From the NCBI GenBank assembly GCA_965223295.1, contig CBDCWC010000003.1, positions 1,504,001 through 1,568,000 on the forward strand: a stretch of DNA of 64,000 bases, written 5' to 3'. The notes below the pieces were generated by a model. That model did no database searches, was not told the origin of the DNA, and worked only from the letters and a program-made list of their open reading frames with translations. Of this stretch, positions 62,116-64,000 are shown piece after piece; the first letter of the stretch is position 1; each line of letters opens with the position of its first letter. This stretch comes from Nitrospirales bacterium. Its GTDB lineage: Bacteria > Nitrospirota > Nitrospiria > Nitrospirales > UBA8639. Position numbers and translations under genes: made by a program.

Positions 62116-62298
62116 CTATTGTAAAAAGCCACCAGCGGCGTTCTCGCCATTGTTCCGTGCTCACGTAGGACCAGTGCGCTCCGCGCGCAAAAATGGCTGT
62201 GGCCTTGCTGGACGGGCTTTTTTGAACAGACCCGAGGCTGCTGACATGGTCCGTTGCAGAGACGAAATTTGGCCGTTGATATCATCATTATTCAACCG
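62116..62298 (+). mobile_element. MITE-like repeat, family A, copy 8
   Basis: ctattgtaaaaagccaccagcggcgttctcgcc ... ttattcaaccg. Confidence 0.85.
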
Positions 62299-62519
62299 TT
62301 CCTACTAGGAAATATTTTCTTAAGTTGGAAAACTCAAGGCCTGATTGTAAGGAGTCCTGAAAGGGGTGGTCAGCCAAGTTAGGATGTTTCATCCTACAAA
62401 TTTTTGGAGGTGAGCAGAATTCAAGTACCAAAGAAAGATAGGTAGATTACTCGGACCTCATATCACCTGAGGTGCGCCGAACTGCCTGGTTTATGCAACT
62501 GCGATATGATTCTCATGAG

Positions 62520-63869
62520 CTATTGTGCACCGCACGATTCAAGAACAGGTACCTGCGAAGGGAAATAACTAATAATCCGTCGAGGGTTTAAGCATTCTCG
62601 GATATGTGGGGCTAGGTCGCCTGGACGGATTGCATTCACAATTGTTAAAGAGTGGTCTTCGTCTGCGAGGTTGAGAACAATGGGTTCTTCTGTCGAGACG
62701 TGTTCATCATAGACCAGCACAATGGGCCGGAGCCGACTGTCGAAATTCACGCTAGTGACAATCCCGGTCTTTTGATTGCTGAGTTGAACCAGAGAGCCAG
62801 GCGGGTAGACGCCTAACTGTTTAATCAACGAGACGATGGCCTCTTGCCAAAGACTTTGGCGACACTTCACGTATAAATATGAGAGGGCTTCTGAGGGAAT
62901 GAGTGAACGAGCCGGATCTTGGTGGTGGCAAAGTTCGTCATAGAAGTCGGCAACCATCACAATTTTGGAAAAGGTACTAATGTTGGCCCCTTTATTTCCT
63001 AAGGGGAGGCCAGAGCCATTGAGCCGTTCATGGTGTTGATGGATCACTTCAACGGCTTCCCTAGGAAATTTCGGAATTCTCTCGACCATTTCGACGCCGT
63101 ATTGCGGGTGGGTACTCACAAATGTTTTACGCTCACCTTGCCCCATCATATCTTTTCGCATAAGAGTTTCAACCGGATATTTGAGCTCTCCCACGTCATG
63201 AAAAAACGCGCCTAGTGCCAATTTCTCATTGTCTTCCCGACTCAAACCAAGGTCGATCCCGACCATCAGAGACAAAGAACAAACATTTGTAGCGTGCAGG
63301 AAGAATTCCTCGCTGGATTCATTAGAGCCCATCAGGTTGAGCAACGCTCTAGCGTTATTTGCCCCATCTAAGAGGTTAAACAGGTCGTCGATGATTTTCT
63401 TCGCAGTTCGAAGCCCACGAGGACGTCCCGCCACGACGTCTTGCACGGTCTGTTTCGATTCCTGTAAGACTTCTTGAAATTGCTCTTGAACGTGCTGAAG
63501 ATGGTTCTGGTAAGCGTGAAAGGCCTCACGCTGTTCGGCTTTGCGTTGGATAGCTTCGTCAACAGGTTCTGCTGTTTTGGAAGAGGGGGGCGGGTTGACC
63601 TCCTGTTCAGTTGCGGATTTGGTGTCTTCCAAGATTTGTGAGGAGTCTACGGACGAATCGTGCTGGTCTGGTTGAATAATGGGTTCAGGGTCGGATCGTG
63701 TGAAATCAACTGACAGCGGGAGGTTGGCTAACCCTTTGAGTTTGGCCAGGTCTTTCGCCGTTTTGATTTTAAAAGAATTGGTGGAAAAAGGATGACTGAA
63801 CCAGGACCCTTCAATGCGAATATACAATCCCACCCGAAGAGCACTGCGTTCTAAAGGAACGAAGGACAT
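62520..63869 (-). CDS. DUF3391 plus HD-GYP domain protein, paralog 2
   Basis: Collinear and highly similar to paralog 1; FHDVG and HHERLNGSGLP. Confidence 0.9.
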   Translation of the reverse strand: MSFVPLERSALRVGLYIRIEGSWFSHPFSTNSFKIKTAKDLAKLKGLANLPLSVDFTRSDPEPIIQPDQHDSSVDSSQILEDTKSATEQEVNPPPSSKTAEPVDEAIQRKAEQREAFHAYQNHLQHVQEQFQEVLQESKQTVQDVVAGRPRGLRTAKKIIDDLFNLLDGANNARALLNLMGSNESSEEFFLHATNVCSLSLMVGIDLGLSREDNEKLALGAFFHDVGELKYPVETLMRKDMMGQGERKTFVSTHPQYGVEMVERIPKFPREAVEVIHQHHERLNGSGLPLGNKGANISTFSKIVMVADFYDELCHHQDPARSLIPSEALSYLYVKCRQSLWQEAIVSLIKQLGVYPPGSLVQLSNQKTGIVTSVNFDSRLRPIVLVYDEHVSTEEPIVLNLADEDHSLTIVNAIRPGDLAPHIRECLNPRRIISYFPSQVPVLESCGAQ

Positions 63870-64000
63870 GATAGTCGATAAAGCTCAGGGGAAGTGGTGT
63901 TTAGGTTTCCACTGGAACCGAAGCATGAGGTGCTTGAGAGGCCTGAGCCACAGAATCATAGAGCGGAAATAATTTGTCCATATTGGTTAACAGAAGAACA

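Noticed and set aside
7060-62298. CRISPR array or autonomous IS
   Set aside because: The repeats are dispersed rather than regularly spaced, and there is no cas or transposase ORF.

Overview
Ordinary-looking bacterial chromosomal DNA, probably from the Nitrospirales (inferred from gene content and the dispersed repeat family, not proven). The first 22 kb is mixed housekeeping: the end of a nuo operon, a DUF2235-PilZ fusion, an arsM-arsS pair, HU, gcvP, transporters and hydrolases. From about 23 to 60 kb there appears to be an inorganic-carbon acquisition region. It encodes an LCIB-type carbonic anhydrase, a porin, two different SulP transporters, DabA followed by a complete Mrp-like membrane arm, NhaB, a CHASE3-PAS kinase with an NtrC-type activator, and a degenerate paralog of that activator. 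The NuoL/DabB-like subunit of the membrane arm carries a triplicated 27-aa lateral-helix unit. Five sigma54 -24/-12 promoters in this region are each preceded by the same tandem palindrome (GTGCGA-N2-TCGCAC, two copies exactly 24 bp apart), which defines a candidate regulon. Two of these promoters point directly at unannotated 18-aa and 23-aa hydrophobic micropeptide ORFs. The window also has 8 copies of a ~200 bp MITE-like repeat, two other palindromic elements, an nhaB relic, a nonsense-split TPR gene and tandem HD-GYP paralogs. No rRNA, tRNA, CRISPR array or transposase was seen. All family calls come from motif recognition by eye; no searches were run.
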